A DNA stretch of 64,000 nt from Callorhinchus milii (GCF_018977255.1 NW_024704742.1:118484001-118548000); one strand, 5' to 3'. Positions 25,069-38,545 are shown, numbered from the stretch's first letter. Notes: generated by a model from the sequence alone, not told the origin. A program made the numbers and translations.

Positions 25069-25184
25069 ATTAAAAAATCATCTTCAGATACACCAAGGTA
25101 GGAAGACACAGGTTTCGGGTTATGAAAAGCAATTTTAGGCTTGACCCTAGAAAGTATTTCAGTATATAGAGGATAATTCTCTAT

Positions 25185-25494
25185 AGAGTCCTGTAGCTTA
25201 GTGGTTAGTGCACTCACTTTGCAAGCGAGAGACCTGTGTTTGATTCCCGGCATGGCGAAACCTGGGGCAAGTTTCCTTACTCCACACGCCTGATAATAAT
25301 CCCTCAAGAAAAAAAACCAATAATAAATTGGTCATTTCAATCCACGACTCTTTGTGGGACACTGCTGTGTGCAATTGGCTGCCGCGTTTCGCCCACAAAT
25401 ATACAGTCAATTCACTTTACAGTCTATTCTGTGAAGCACTTTGAGATGTCAAGAAGACGTGAAAAGCGCTATATCAAATGCAAGGCTTATTATT
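25185..25494 (+). mobile_element. tRNA-Ala-derived SINE, short variant
   Basis: A box TAGCTTAGTGG, TTTGCAA anticodon loop, tail ATCAAATGCAAGG(TTA)n. Confidence 0.9.
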
Positions 25495-25859
25495 GTAATT
25501 AACAGCTGGAATGGTTTACCATGAAAGGTGGCTGAGGCCAGGATACTGTATCCATTTAAGAGTATGTTGTCCTAGCCTCAGCTTGATATAATAATCCTTG
25601 CATTTGATATGGTGCTCTATCAGGTTGTCGAGGCATCTCAAAGTGCTTCACAGGTGGATATTCTAGAAGGGTGAGATCAACTGAACCGATTGGTCTTCTC
25701 CAAACAAATTGATCTAGTGAAATTAAAATATATTTACCATTTCCTTAGAAGAATAATCCCCTGAGTCCAAGCCTCCGTTTTCAAGTATTGTATTTCAATG
25801 CATGAAACCTAATCTCTTAAATACTCCAGCAATCAAACTGGAAATGTATAATGTTCAGA

Positions 25860-26258
25860 GTGTAATGGACAGTCACTGGAGGCGGGGACTCGGCCCACGC
25901 AGCTTCTGTTAATACTGCAAGACAAAGCTCTAATGGTAGGGTGGTCCAAGCTGGACAAGCAACGGGAAAATTTGCTAGACAGTGATATCAATGACAAGCT
26001 ATGCAGTTTTAGCTGGTTAGGCTCCAGCTGTACCCCAGTGCACACTCTGGGCTCTTGCCAACCTGCACCTAATACTCTCTGAAATTAGGTAAGGAGGATA
26101 CATCACTCTAGGGAGAGAATGCTCATTCCATTCAATAAATATCTCTGAAATTTCTATGTAGAGGTGGGATGCATTGAACTCTGTTAAGTTTTGGATACTC
26201 TTAAGCATGGTGATAGGCTTCCGCACATGTCAGACACCCGGCTGACCAAAAAATATGC
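25860..26258 (-). repeat. Unclassified dispersed repeat, copy 1
   Basis: Reverse complement aligns by eye (~70%) to 52632-53050 and partly to 45600-45775. Confidence 0.75.
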
Positions 26259-26919
26259 TTTTTGCTTAATATCTACCTGTAGTAAAGCAAAGGATCTTTT
26301 TACTGCTAAAAGAGTTCTTTATTTCTAATTTGCTTTACTAACTTCAACCCAGATTTGACTGATTTGCTAGCTGGTAAGATTTCTTCCAATTTCATGACTT
26401 TGTGAAACCTTTGATAATTAAACTCTGTCTTTCTTTCAGTGGAAGTATGGAATATATTCATAACACCTATCAGTAATATATAATAATCCCAGCATTTAGA
26501 GTACTGTACTGCTGAGACTCTATATTCCCCAGTGTTTGTGTAGCTGGAGAACCCAACTGATTGATGCCAGATACAGTGGGAGGCCCATGTAGTTGCATTC
26601 AGCATTGCATTTGCATGATCTGCTTGCTTGTTGATTAACATTCAACTGAAAACTACTGTACCACACATTTGCCAAGTTTCCACATTGTTGATATAGGATG
26701 GGGAGTAGGCTGCTCAAGCTTGCCCTACGATTTTAGTTCATGGCTGCTCTTTTTTTCCTTTTCAAAACCCTTATTTTCATATATCCATTTACTTATGAGT
26801 CACTGTCTAACTGCTTCTTAAACAACTCAATTGATTTTGGGTCCATGGCCTTCTTGGACAGTGCATTCCACATACAGTATGCACAGTCATTTGCATCAAG
26901 AATATATTTCGCCCATAAT

Positions 26920-28640
26920 GTACAACAACAAAATTACATTCATATAGCTCCTTTCGCGTCGGGAGGACGTCGGAAGGTGCTGGACAATCAGTGCTTTGGA
27001 CCCGAGCTGGGGATCGGGGAGGGTGGAGGGCAGGGGGAGAAGGAAGGTGATTGAAGGCACGTTTGAAGATGAGGGTCTTGAGAAGGGTCTTGAAGGAGGC
27101 AAGGGAGGGGGCAAGGTGGAGGGATTTCGGTATGGAGTTCCAGAGGGTGGGGGCAGAGAGGTTGAAGGCCTGACCACCGATGGTGGCTCAGGCAGGTTGG
27201 TAGGAGGTTAGAAGGTCGCAGAGGTAGGGGGAAGCAAGGTCATGGAGGGCTTGAAGGTGAGGACCAGGATCTTGAACTGTACCCTCTGTGTGATGGGAAG
27301 CCAGTGGAGATGTGCGAGGATGGGAGTGATCGAGTCATGGAGCCTGGTGCGGGAAAGCAGGCTGCAGAGTTCTGGATGATCTGCAGCCTGTGGAGGGAGG
27401 AGTTGGGGAGGCCAACAAGCAGGGAGTTTGCATAGTCAAACCTGGATGTTATGAATGCGTATATGTGGGTCTCGGCAGCTTGTGGTGTGAGACAGTGGTG
27501 GAGCCGGGCGATGTTGTGGAGGTGGGGGAAGGTAGAGCGGGTCATGGCTGGATGTGGGGTAGATAGGATAGTTGAGGGTCAAACAAGATGCCATGGTTCC
27601 GGACTGACTTAGGAAGGTGGAGTGTGCATCAATGGATGGTGATGCTCTCAGTGCCTGAGGTATGGAGGCGTTGACGGGAGCCAATCAGGAGAGCCTCGGT
27701 CTTGTTGACATTTAACTGTAGAAAGTTAGCTCTCTTCCAGGACTTGATGTCTGACAGACATTCTAGATGTTGAAAAGGAGGGGACCAAGGACAGAGCCCT
27801 GAGACAGTGCGGGTGTTAGAGGAGAAGCCATTTGTGAAGGTGAAGTGGAGATGGTGTGAGTCGTAGGATCTGAACTATTCAAGAACAGAACCATGAAGGT
27901 TGAAGTGAGAGGAGAGGCGGTGGAGGAGAATAGAGTGGTCAATGCTATTGAAGGCAGACAGAGAGATCAAGGAGGATGAGGAAGTAGAGGGAGCTCCGGT
28001 CGCAGACGGACAAAATGTAATTTGTTACTTTGACCAAAGCTGTTTCTGTGCTGTGGGCGGCACAGAAACCTATTTGGAGGGATTTGTGAAGGGAGTGGCG
28101 GGAGAGGAAGGAACGAAGCTGGGAAACAACAACTTGTTCCAGGACCTTGGAAAGGAAAGGGAGGTTGGAGATGGGGTGGTAGTTTGAAAGCAGAGATGAG
28201 TCCAGGGAGGGTTTTTCAAGGATGGGAGTGATGACGGATGTTTTTAGAGGGGTGGGAACGGTGTTAATGGACAGGGAGAGATTTATAATGTTTGTGATTA
28301 GAAGGGAAAGGAGGTCGAGCTGGGAGGTAAAGGGAAAGGGTAGGGATGGGGTCGAGGGAGCAAGTGGTTGGTTTCATGTGGGTTATGGTGGTGATGAGAG
28401 ACGAGGGGGAGACAGGTTCGGAGGGATGGGTAAGGGCTGGGGTGTGAGCGGGAGATGGGGAGGGTGTAGTGGTCGGAAGGGCAGAGACAGCTGAGCGGAT
28501 CCCCTCGATTTTGGTTTTGAGGAAGTCCAGCTACTCCTCACAGTTGGCATTGAGGAGAGGATGGATGAGGCGTGAGAGGGTGGGCAGAGGAGCCGGTTGA
28601 TGATGGAAAAGAGAAGCCTGGGGTTGTCCTTGACTTTCAA
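26920..28640 (-). mobile_element. L2 LINE fragment (~1.7 kb, internally deleted)
   Basis: Tail plus [17 protein letters not shown] and RT-domain remnants; abuts a SINE tail at 28640-28742. Confidence 0.88.
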
Positions 28641-30064
28641 GACAATACAGTCGATTCACTTTACAGTATATTTTGTGAAGCGCTTTGAGACGTCTCAAAT
28701 ACATGATAAGGCAATCAAATGCCAGGGTTATTAAGATTATTAAAAGAAATGTTTTCCTGGACTAAATTGTATCTGGCTTGGCCCTAAAAATTTTAATACT
28801 ATTTTACATTACAAGTTTGCCCACAGAGGGAAGTCTTCATTGCAGGAAACCATAATGAAATCGGTTGAATTTTCTGGTCCTGAATGTCTTTGGGCTCTTC
28901 TGAATCCAATCTACCATTGCCTGGATGGCAAGTTGGCTCCAGAGTAAAAGGGTCATAAGTGGAGCAAGGGATCTGGTGACCTCCTGGGCATATACAGAAT
29001 AGTTTATGTCACAAAAGCCAGTATCAGAATAACAAAAGGCCGGCAGCAATGTTGCTCAATATTCAGGAGCATCTCCAAACACACCACTGCTATAATATTG
29101 GTCGTAGTGATCTTGAAAATAAAACTTTTAAAATGTTTTGCTCAATATGTCTGACATCACTGCACGTCTTCCGCCTTGATCTCAAACATTCTGTGCAGTA
29201 AAAATCAGTAAAAGCAACAAGTGCTCAAAATACAACACTGAACCATTGAGTCTTCTCTGAGGGCCTATCACCCCCAGCTCCTCAGCAATGGGCAACATAG
29301 TCCATTGCTGCCTAATATCTAATTTACAGATGATATAAGACTATGGTCCTTGTTTTAGATTCACTTACTATAAGGAAGAGTCATTCCCTATCGTGCCCAT
29401 TCCCTGCATTATTTAAGAATCTCAATCAGATCACATTTTAATTTGTTCAACTCTATTGCTTCATTACTGTATAGTCAACCTGTACAGTCATTATTAACTA
29501 CTGAAATAGCTTATGAGTATGAAATCCATGGATGCAGGGAGCAGATGATTATCTGAAACAAATTTAACTGCATTGTTTAAACTATTGCATTTGTTTTGAA
29601 ATTCTACTTCTAATACGAGAACTAAAAATACCTCTCTCCCCGCCACACTGCATTATCAGTCAGAATCTATCATACAATGTTGAAAGGTGTAAGTGGTTGT
29701 GTACTTGGGCAGCAAGTTGGTATATGAACTCTGCTTGAGAAATTTTAATGGGTCACATGTGTTTAATTGATAGAAGCTTCATAATTTTCAGCACAGAAGG
29801 GGGCCCTTTGGCACAGGGCCAGTGCCAACTGTTGTTCTAATTTACTGTGGAGTGTCAATTATTTTCACAGTAACATGATTGGGGCTTCTGGTGATGACCA
29901 GTTTGCTTCACTCCTTTCAGAATCCATACTGAGACTTGGTCATTGAGCTTTTGGCCAGGTTAGATCTACATCTTGGGGAAAAATTAGTTGCTGGACACAA
30001 TGTCAGAGAAAGGATGGGAAACTAAAACTGCATCTTCAAACCAGATAATACAATGTGAAATACA

Positions 30065-30720
30065 TTACAATTTACATTTATATTGCGTATTTCACATCAG
30101 GAGGATGTGTCGCAGTGCTTTACACAGATGTCAGTGCACCCAAGTGGATTGGGCGAACTCTGGAGAACGGAGCAGAATAGCTGAAATCTCACTATAGATG
30201 GGGTGGGTGACGTGAAGATGGCCAATGTTTGCTGAGTGTCAGTAGGGTAGCAGGAGATCACACGGGTAGAATTATAGACATTTACACAGATGGAGGCGAT
30301 TCGCCCCATCGAGTCTGCACCTGCTTTCAGAGCCAGGTGTTCATTCAGTCTCACCGACCTGCAATCCCCATACCATTTCAAGCCTCTATCCATCATATGC
30401 TGCCTATTTCCCTCTTGAAAACCACGATGGACTCTGCCTCTACCACCTTACTTGGCAAAGTATTCCATATCCCAACAACTCTTGAGTGGAAAAAAAATTC
30501 CTAAACGCTTCTTCTGACTATCTTATAACTACGGCCCTAGTCACTGACTCCCGTACCATTGAAGATGGGGTGAGGCCCCGGGGGGATTTGAACGCAAAGG
30601 ACACAGATCCTCACTTTGATCCACTAGGGGATGAGGAGCCAGTGGATCTAAGCATGACAGGGTGATAAGCCCTCAGAACCTGGTGTGGGAAAGGACATGG
30701 GCTATGGAGTTCTGGACAGT
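30065..30720 (-). mobile_element. Old L2 3' fragment interrupted by a CR1 3' fragment (about 30268-30560)
   Basis: L2 tail at 30065-30130; L2 coding remnant resumes at about 30560; intervening sequence resembles the CR1 3' end at 31553-31905. Confidence 0.6.
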
Positions 30721-30749
30721 GCTGAATAATAATATAGTTTACAAAGAGG

Positions 30750-31095
30750 TTGAAGTGTGTACATGTTTAAGATTCTAAATGGATTAGACGATGTAGATCA
30801 TGACGGGTTGTTTCAGCTTGTCCAGAATAGTAAAACCAGAGGACACAGCCTGTGATTGCAAGGGGGTAAATTCAGAACGAATCTACGCAAACACTATTTC
30901 AGTGAGCAAATAATGAAGCAGGAAGTGTTGATTCCTTCAAACACAGATTGGATAGTTTTCTTTTAGGAAATAACATTATGGGATATAGAACATAGGGAGT
31001 TTGGGACACATATACATGTGACCCCCAGGAGGGTGGAGGCAAACTAGATGGACCTTGGTCTTGTTTTTGTCTAGCGTTTATGTTCTTATGCTTTG
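30750..31095 (+). mobile_element. CR1 LINE 3' fragment
   Basis: MFKILNGLDDVDHDGLFQLVQNSKTRGHSL*LQGGKFRTNLRKHYFSE, the CR1 ORF2 C-terminal motif, followed by a CR1-type tail. Confidence 0.85.
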
Positions 31096-31552
31096 AATGT
31101 ACATCAACAACAACTTTCATTTACATCTATGGAATAAAGAAAGCTTTTTTTAATTCAGTTGCAGGATATCTGTTGCCCTGTTTAAATGGTATTATATAGG
31201 TACCGGGAATAACTTTGATATAGTTTAACAGTGATGTTGGTATGAAGGGTTCTGCAGTGTTTTTCATGGAAACTTTTTTTTTAAAAATTGAGATTTGGGA
31301 AATGTCAGGAAGGGTTGTGGTGTGTAAAACAGTTGTATAACACAGCATACTGACAGATTTATTATATCCCCGGTGTGCTGTGGTTTCTGGTTTCCTGATT
31401 CTGCTAAGCATTACTTCAATAGCATGGTATCAACTTATAATGGTAGGATAGTCACTTCAGAGAAGTTATATTTGCATGTTTCATACAGGTTAAGGAAGCC
31501 AAATAGCCCAGATTTATGTTTAAACAACGATTTAAGAACAGCAATTCTGCTA

Positions 31553-31905
31553 TCATAGAATCGTACAGCACAAAAAGAGGCCATTCGGCTGATCGAGTCT
31601 GTGCCGGCTCTTTGAATAGAGCAATTAATGTCAATCCCACTCCCCAGCCCTTTCCCCATAACCCTGCAAACCCGTCCTCCTCAAATACCCGTCCACTGCG
31701 TTTTTAAAAGTAGTTATTGAATCGGCCTCGACCACCCTTTCAGGCAATGCGTTCCAGATTCGAACAACTCGCTGCATTAAAACATTTCTTCTCACCTCCC
31801 CTCTGCTTCATTTAGAGACTATTTTGAATCTGTGACCTTGAGTCACCAACACACCCACCAGTGGAAACAGTTTTTCCCCTTCTAACCTATTAAATCCCTT
31901 CATGA
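31553..31905 (-). mobile_element. CR1 LINE 3' fragment
   Basis: CR1 3' UTR (GAATGGCCTC...TGTACGATTCTATGA) with a QRVVRIWNALPERVVEA remnant on the minus strand. Confidence 0.8.
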
Positions 31906-31984
31906 TTATGTGTCACATATTTGTGCATGTTTTAATGTTGTGCTCTAAATGTTGTCAAAAAAAAACTCTGCCCCCCCCCCCCCC

Positions 31985-34683
31985 AAGGCTCACATTAGAG
32001 CCCACCATGGACCTGTTGGGTTGGCTGCCCCAGCCTCAGCCTATGGGATAATGCAATCAACCTGACCGCGCGCTCCCGATCCCCGCGTGCACACTATGGC
32101 TGACACTTTGACCCGAGCCCCTAACTCCCTCCCTCCCTACTCCCTCCTCTCTACCCCCAAGCCCTCCACCCTCTGCATCTCTCCCGTTCTGTCCTCCTCT
32201 CTCTGCGTCCCTCTCCCCTTCTATCTCCAATTGATCCTCCCACAACCTCCCTCTGTTCCAGCCTGGGAATCTTCCGCCGGGCACAGAGTGGCACTCGGCA
32301 TAGGCTGTCAAGCAGCAGCCACACCGACTGCCCCATTCCCCACCACACTCACCAGCCACGCCGGTCACAGACCCAGGGAGCCAACCTCGCCTCCCTCATC
32401 CGAATTTCCCCCAAACCTGCTTCACAACCTGGAACCCCCCCTCCCCTCCCACACACCTTTCTGTCAACCGCTCCCTCCACATCGGACTACAAAACGTCCG
32501 CTGCCACTGTAACTAGGCCCTGGTCACCAACGATCTCATCCTTGATGAGAGCATTGTCATCATGGCCTTAACGGAAACCTGGCTCTCCCCACGCGACACC
32601 TTCCCCCTCAAGGAAGCCACACCACCCGCCTACATCTCCCACCACATCCCTCACCACAACCGCCGTGGCGGTGGTGCAGCCCTTATCTCAAGGACACCAC
32701 TTGTCTGGATCTCCTCAAAATCTACCGCTCCACTCTAGCCTCGGCCAAGTCGTCCATCGACTCCAGGATAATCTTGGCGGCGAAGAACAACCCCAGGCTA
32801 CTGTTTTCTACCACATCCTGACTCCTCCGTCCCCCCGCCACCCCGCGCAGGTCATCTCCTCCAACCATCACTGCGAGGAGATGCTGGATTTCCTTGAATC
32901 CAAAATCAAAGGAATTCGCTCCGCCGTCACTTCCCCTCCAACATCCACCCACCCCCCAACCCCTCCCTCCCACACTCCGATTCCTACCCATCCTCGCATA
33001 CACACTTTCGTACCCGTTTCCCCACCCTCGGTCACCAAACTCAGCCTATCCCTGAAACCCACCACCTGCTACCTTGACCCCAACCCATTCCATTCCTTAT
33101 CTCCCAGCTCCATCTCCTTTCCCGACATATCACAGACATCCTCAACCTATCCCTCTCCTCTGGCTCCGTTCCCATTCCCTTAAAAACTGCCACCATCACT
33201 CACACCTTGAAAAAACCCACCCTTGATGTGTCGCAGCTATCAAGCTACCGGCCCATCTCCAGACTCCCCTCCCTGTACAAGGTCCTGGAACGAGTTCCCA
33301 GCTACGCTCTATCCTCTCCACCCATTCATTATTCGAACCCCTTCAGTCGGGTTTCCTTGCTACCCATAGCACAGAAACTGCCATGGTCATGATCACCAAT
33401 GATATCCTGACCATCTGTGACCTATCGGCAGCATTCGATACGGTCGACCATGCTATCCTCCTCCACCGCTTGTCATCCCACCTCAACCTTCAAAGCCTTG
33501 TCCTTGAGTGGTTTAGGTCGTACGTCACCCACCGTCTTCACTATGTTTCCACGAATGGCTTTTCCTCCAGCCCCGCACTGTCTCGTTCGGTGTCCCCCAG
33601 GGCCTCTGTCCTCGGTCGCCTCCTCTTCATTCTTTATATGCTCCCCTTTGGTGACATCATCCGCAGACATGGGGTTAACTTTCACATTTATGCGGATGAC
33701 ACCCAACTCTACAATTCCTCCTCTACCCTCAACTCCACGACCACCGATGTCCTGACAGCTGCCTGTCCGACATCGAGTCCTCGACGAGAGACAACATTCT
33801 TCAGCTCAACGTGCGAAAACTGAGGCCCTCCTGATTGGCTCACGTCAGCGCCTCCGCACCTCAGGCGCTGACAGCATCAGCATCCAAGGCTGCACTCTCC
33901 ACCTCTCAAAGCCAGTCAGGAACCTCGGGTTCTGTTCGACCCTGAGCTGTCCTTTCTCCCTCATATCCGCTCCACAACTGGCACCGCCTTCCATCACCTC
34001 CGGAATATCGCCAGACTACGGCACTACCTCACCCCTCACGCTGCTGAAACTCTGGTCCACGCCTTTATCACCTCAAGGCTGGACTATGGGAACTCTCTCC
34101 TCGCCGGCCTTCCCGCCACCTCCCTCCACAAGCTGCAGGTCATTCAGAACTCTGCAGCTCGTGTACTGTCCCGCACCAGGCTTCGGACCACATCACTCCC
34201 ACCCTCGCTCGCCTCCACTGGCTCCCCATCCCCCAGAGGATCGAATTCAAGATCCTCATCCTCACCTACAAGGCCATTCACGGCCTTGCTCCCTCCTACC
34301 TCTCCGACCTACTATCCCCCTACTTACCTGCCCGTACCCTCCGTTCCTCTGGCTCCGGTCTGCTCCACATCCCCCGCCCCAACCGCCCTACCATCGGTGG
34401 CCGGGCCTTCAGCCTCTCAGCCCCGAGGCTCTGGAACTCCATCCCCCAGTGCCTTCGCCGCCTCCTCCCTTTCCTCCTTCAAGGCTGGTCTCAAGACCTT
34501 TCTCTTTGACTGTGCCTTCAGCTCCCCTCTCGACTCTCTACCCCCTCCTCGCTCCCTCCCTTCCCTCCCCTCACCCTGACCATTTCCCCCTGCTCGGGTC
34601 CTGACCCTACTGTACAGCGCCTTGGGACGTCCTCCCGACGTGAAAGGCGCTCTATAAATGGAATCTTGTTGTTGTTGTTGTTG
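31985..34683 (+). mobile_element. L2 LINE, long internally deleted copy with endonuclease and RT remnants
   Basis: APE-endonuclease motifs (LQNVR, IMALTETWL, RRGGG) at about 32487-32680. RT motifs YRPISRLP, DLSAAFDTVDH, SVLGRLLFILYM, FHIYADDTQLY. Stem-loop and (TTG)n tail. Multiple frameshifts. 5' boundary uncertain. Confidence 0.9.
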
Positions 34684-35970
34684 TCAAAATGGCTAAAATT
34701 TTCACGATTTCCATTCTGTGTAGCAATAATGGATTCCAGTGGAAACACCTTATTATAATCGAGTGTTAGTGTTACACAGAACCCTGACTGGAAATTTGGC
34801 TCTGTTGGGTAAAGGAAATGCCACTGCACAGCCAAAGTCAAATCACATTTTTGTGATTAGTTAGCTTACCTTTGGTGCTATATTTGTCCTCTTGTATGAG
34901 AGGGGAAAATCAGCCAGGTTTCCCCTTTTCAATGCTTTCCAGTGGCACTTCCAGATGCATTACCAGTGCTGTCGTCTGGTGAAGACTGGATTGGGCATTG
35001 CTGCAATGATTGAATAACTTGCCGACACTTATTTTCGTGGTTCAGATATAAAGAAAGGTTGGTCGGCTGAGCTATCAGAAGGTGTTGAGCGAAGATTCCA
35101 CATCTGGAAGGGGGGGATTTAATTTGGCACAGCAAATGAAAAGGTTCTTCTAAAATTAAGATGTGAACCATTTGCCAGATTTTGCAGCAGTTACCTGAAC
35201 CTAACAAAATACAAGTGTAGATCTAATTTGTTTGATTCTCAGTTGAATTGGTGCCCGTCTGCCTGACTGGTTTGTTGGTCATTTAAATTGCTCAATTACA
35301 GCGGAGTAAATGACAGCGGCTGAAATGTTGAAAGCATAATAATTTTATCTTTTGGAATAAATTACTGTAAGAAAAATAATAACAGTAATAGATATACAGG
35401 TATGATGTATACCTCTTGGATGCTAAAGATGTTGGAAGATGAACAATCCCCAGAATGATGATTAAATGGCTTTGGGGTTATTTAAACACGCGTTTAAATG
35501 TCCAGGAATTGTTAACGTAATGAAACTGAAAGTAACTGAACAATTTTAACCACAAGTTTGATTCAGGTTTATTGTCATGGTTTTCCTATAATGTGACTGA
35601 TTTCCACCTGTTTACAGATAGCTTAACTTTACTTGCCTTTGAATTCTTCTACCTTGGCTGATTATACAATATTTAACAAAGTTCTAAACACTTTCACCAC
35701 TATGCTTATTGTCAACGGCTTTTTACTTTCTCTCTTTCTTTCACTCTCTCTCTTTCTCCCCCTCTGACTACTAGAAATTTGTCTCACTTTTCCTGAACTT
35801 CTTTGACTTAATCTGATTTAATAATAATAAAACATTTTGCCACATATAGCTGATATGTTTCTCATGGGAACGCTTATGTTGGATTTTATTTTTGAAGTAT
35901 TCAAGGATTTCTTCTCAATTTCACTTTTTTTGACTACTAACTTCTTCAACTTCTCGTATCTTTTTCTGTC

Positions 35971-36336
35971 AATAATAATAATCTTTACATTTGATATGGC
36001 GCCTTATATCTTCGAGATGTCTCAAAGCGCTTCACAGAATATACTCTAAAGTGAATTGACTGTATTTCGTGGGCGAAACGCGGCAGCCAATTACGCACAG
36101 CAGTGTCCCACAAACAGTAGTGGATTAAGGTGACCAATTTATTGTTTTTTTTAAAGAAATTATTACCCTGGGAAAAGCTATCCGTCAATCGACTAACAAC
36201 CAGGTTCCTACTTACTACTAGGTAAATAGAGGCATGTGGAATAAGGAAACTTGCCTAACATTTCGCCATGCCGTGACTTGAGCCCAGGTCTCTCGCTTGC
36301 GAGGCGAGTGCTCTAACCACTGAGATACAGGACTCC
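35971..36336 (-). mobile_element. tRNA-Ala-derived SINE, long variant
   Basis: Full head (CGC anticodon variant), central segment and tail. Confidence 0.9.
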
Positions 36337-37439
36337 TCAAATACCCTGTGTACAGTATGAGGCTCATTGTATTTGGTGGGGTCCCCATCCCTCTTTGTTT
36401 CAAGGGAGAGAAAGCCAACCTCCAGTCCCATTTCCACACTCCTTTGATTTGCAGCTATTAATTGTGCATACATAGCGGCTCCTTTATATCTGGACGTTTG
36501 ACATTTCAAGCTTGGGACTTCAGATTTACATTTGATGATAACATTTTCTTTTTCCTTTTGGGATCCAGTCCCACGGTTCTTATCTATACTGAGTTGGAAT
36601 CATTTGTTTTTAATTCTGGCCCAGTTGAGAAATGAGGATTTGCAGATGATGTGTGGAAAGTAGCGAGCAGAATAGTTTAGTGCTGTAGAATTCTTAAGAT
36701 GCGTCTTTGGCTGTGACAGGTGTGTTGCAGTAACTGTTTTGGTGGCAGTGTGTGCACGTTCTGTAAAGTAGTTTACAGTCCATTACAGACCTAGCTCACC
36801 ACATTTTAAAAAATAATTACTAGCATTTGATCTGCTTTATTTTTAACCTCCATAGTTTTCACCAGATGTTTAAACTCTGAAATAGAATAAATACTATACA
36901 TTTTGCTATGCATAGCTGATATTGTTCTCATAGGAACACTTAAGTTGGATTTTATTTTTAAAATAGTCATCTCTTACAGGATATGGAGGGAACAAACACT
37001 CCCTGCAAATAATTAATAATGCATTATAAACGTAATGGTTTCTTTCTAAATGAGTCAGGCAGTTCACCGTGCAACAAAAAAGTAAGAATTAATCAAGGCA
37101 GTTTACAGTATTAGGCTAATAACATTGACTAAAATGTTATACGTAACCAGAATAGGTGGTATACACATATGGAATGAAGGCTATTATTTTGGTCAGACAA
37201 TCTAATGTTTTCACACGAAAGAAGAGTGAATTCTGAATAAATTTGTGATTCGGAAAAAAATATTTCTTAGTTGTTGAAAGATGGTAAGTTACAGTACTAA
37301 ATTTTTTTTAAAATGAACTTGCTGTGAAAAGGTAATATACCCATTTTCATTGTCTTCCCTTCTCCTGCCTACGCTGACCTTTTCTGCGGTATAACTCCGC
37401 AGGTGCTTGGCACATTCCCAGACCTTGCCCAAGTAGCCT

Positions 37440-38545
37440 TTTTCATGCGTGAGCCTATATGATAGAGTATCTAACCAAGCAGAATGTCACAGCTGAGTCC
37501 AATCATGTCCACAAAGCGTGTTTTAGCAGAGTTACTCGATAACTATTGGGAACAGGAATTCTGGCTGATTTTATTCCTACTCCAGGGAGATTGTAGTGCT
37601 CCTATCACAGCCCTTACTGAGATCAGCTAAAACTGTGATTTTAACCTGCGAGTATATAAGTGCGTGGCTCAGTGTCAAACTAACCAGTAACTTTACCTGG
37701 AGTCCTGCAGCTCAGTGGTTAGAGCACTCACCTCGCAAGCGAGAGACCTGGGTTCCATTCCCAGTAGGGCAAAATGTTGGGCAAATTTCCTTACTCCACA
37801 CGCCTGATAATAATCCCTCAAGAAAAAAATAATAAATTGGTCACTTCAATCCACGACTGTTTGTGGGACACTGCTGTGCCCAATTGGCTGCCGTGTTTCG
37901 TCCACAAATATACGGTCAATTCACTTTCTGTGAAGTGCTTTGAGACGTCTAGAAGATGTGGAAAGTGCTATATCAAATGCAAGGATTATTATTATTAATA
38001 CCTACTGAGTCAACGAGAAGCCTTGCAAAGTAGACTACTGAAAGAATAATTTAACCAAAGTAGGATAATATTACTTCTGATAGTCTGCTGCTGTAATCTC
38101 TCAGCAATCTGTGCACTGCAGATGTGGAGTTACAGTATTCTTGCATTGAAGGATGATTAATCTAGTGAGTAATGTTACAATGTTGTCCACAGGCACTGCA
38201 CTGTACCATATTTTGATATGTACAGAGCTCCAAGGCTCTGTAACAAGTAGGATTTAGATTCACAGCCACATGGCAGATTCCCAATCTGTTATGTTACGCA
38301 GTACCAAACAGAGGGCAGGAAATCATACAGGGACTTTTTCCCAGGCTGTTCCCAGGCATCTCTCAGTGACTGGTTGAAGATCAATGGAGTGTTGAGTGTG
38401 GCAGTGGGGGGAAATGAAAGACGCTGTAAATGATAAAACTGAAAACACATCATGCATGAGGTCATTAGTTATTTTGACATAAGGCATGATAAAAATCTTT
38501 GTTCTTTGTTTATGTACTGGAACAGAATAGAGTGAGCTGCTCCCC
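37440..38545 (+). repeat. Diverged local duplication, copy 1 (SINE-interrupted)
   Basis: Aligns by eye (~80-85%) to 39308-40110. Confidence 0.9.
37699..37998 (+). mobile_element. tRNA-Ala-derived SINE, short variant
   Basis: Full head and tail; TACCT direct repeats at 37694-37698 and 37999-38003. Confidence 0.92.

Noticed and set aside
24531..25307. 258-aa ORF and other RT-like ORFs (2058, 33383, 41293, 53837)
   Set aside because: Fragments of truncated L2 ORF2, here fused to antisense SINE sequence; not host genes or intact elements.
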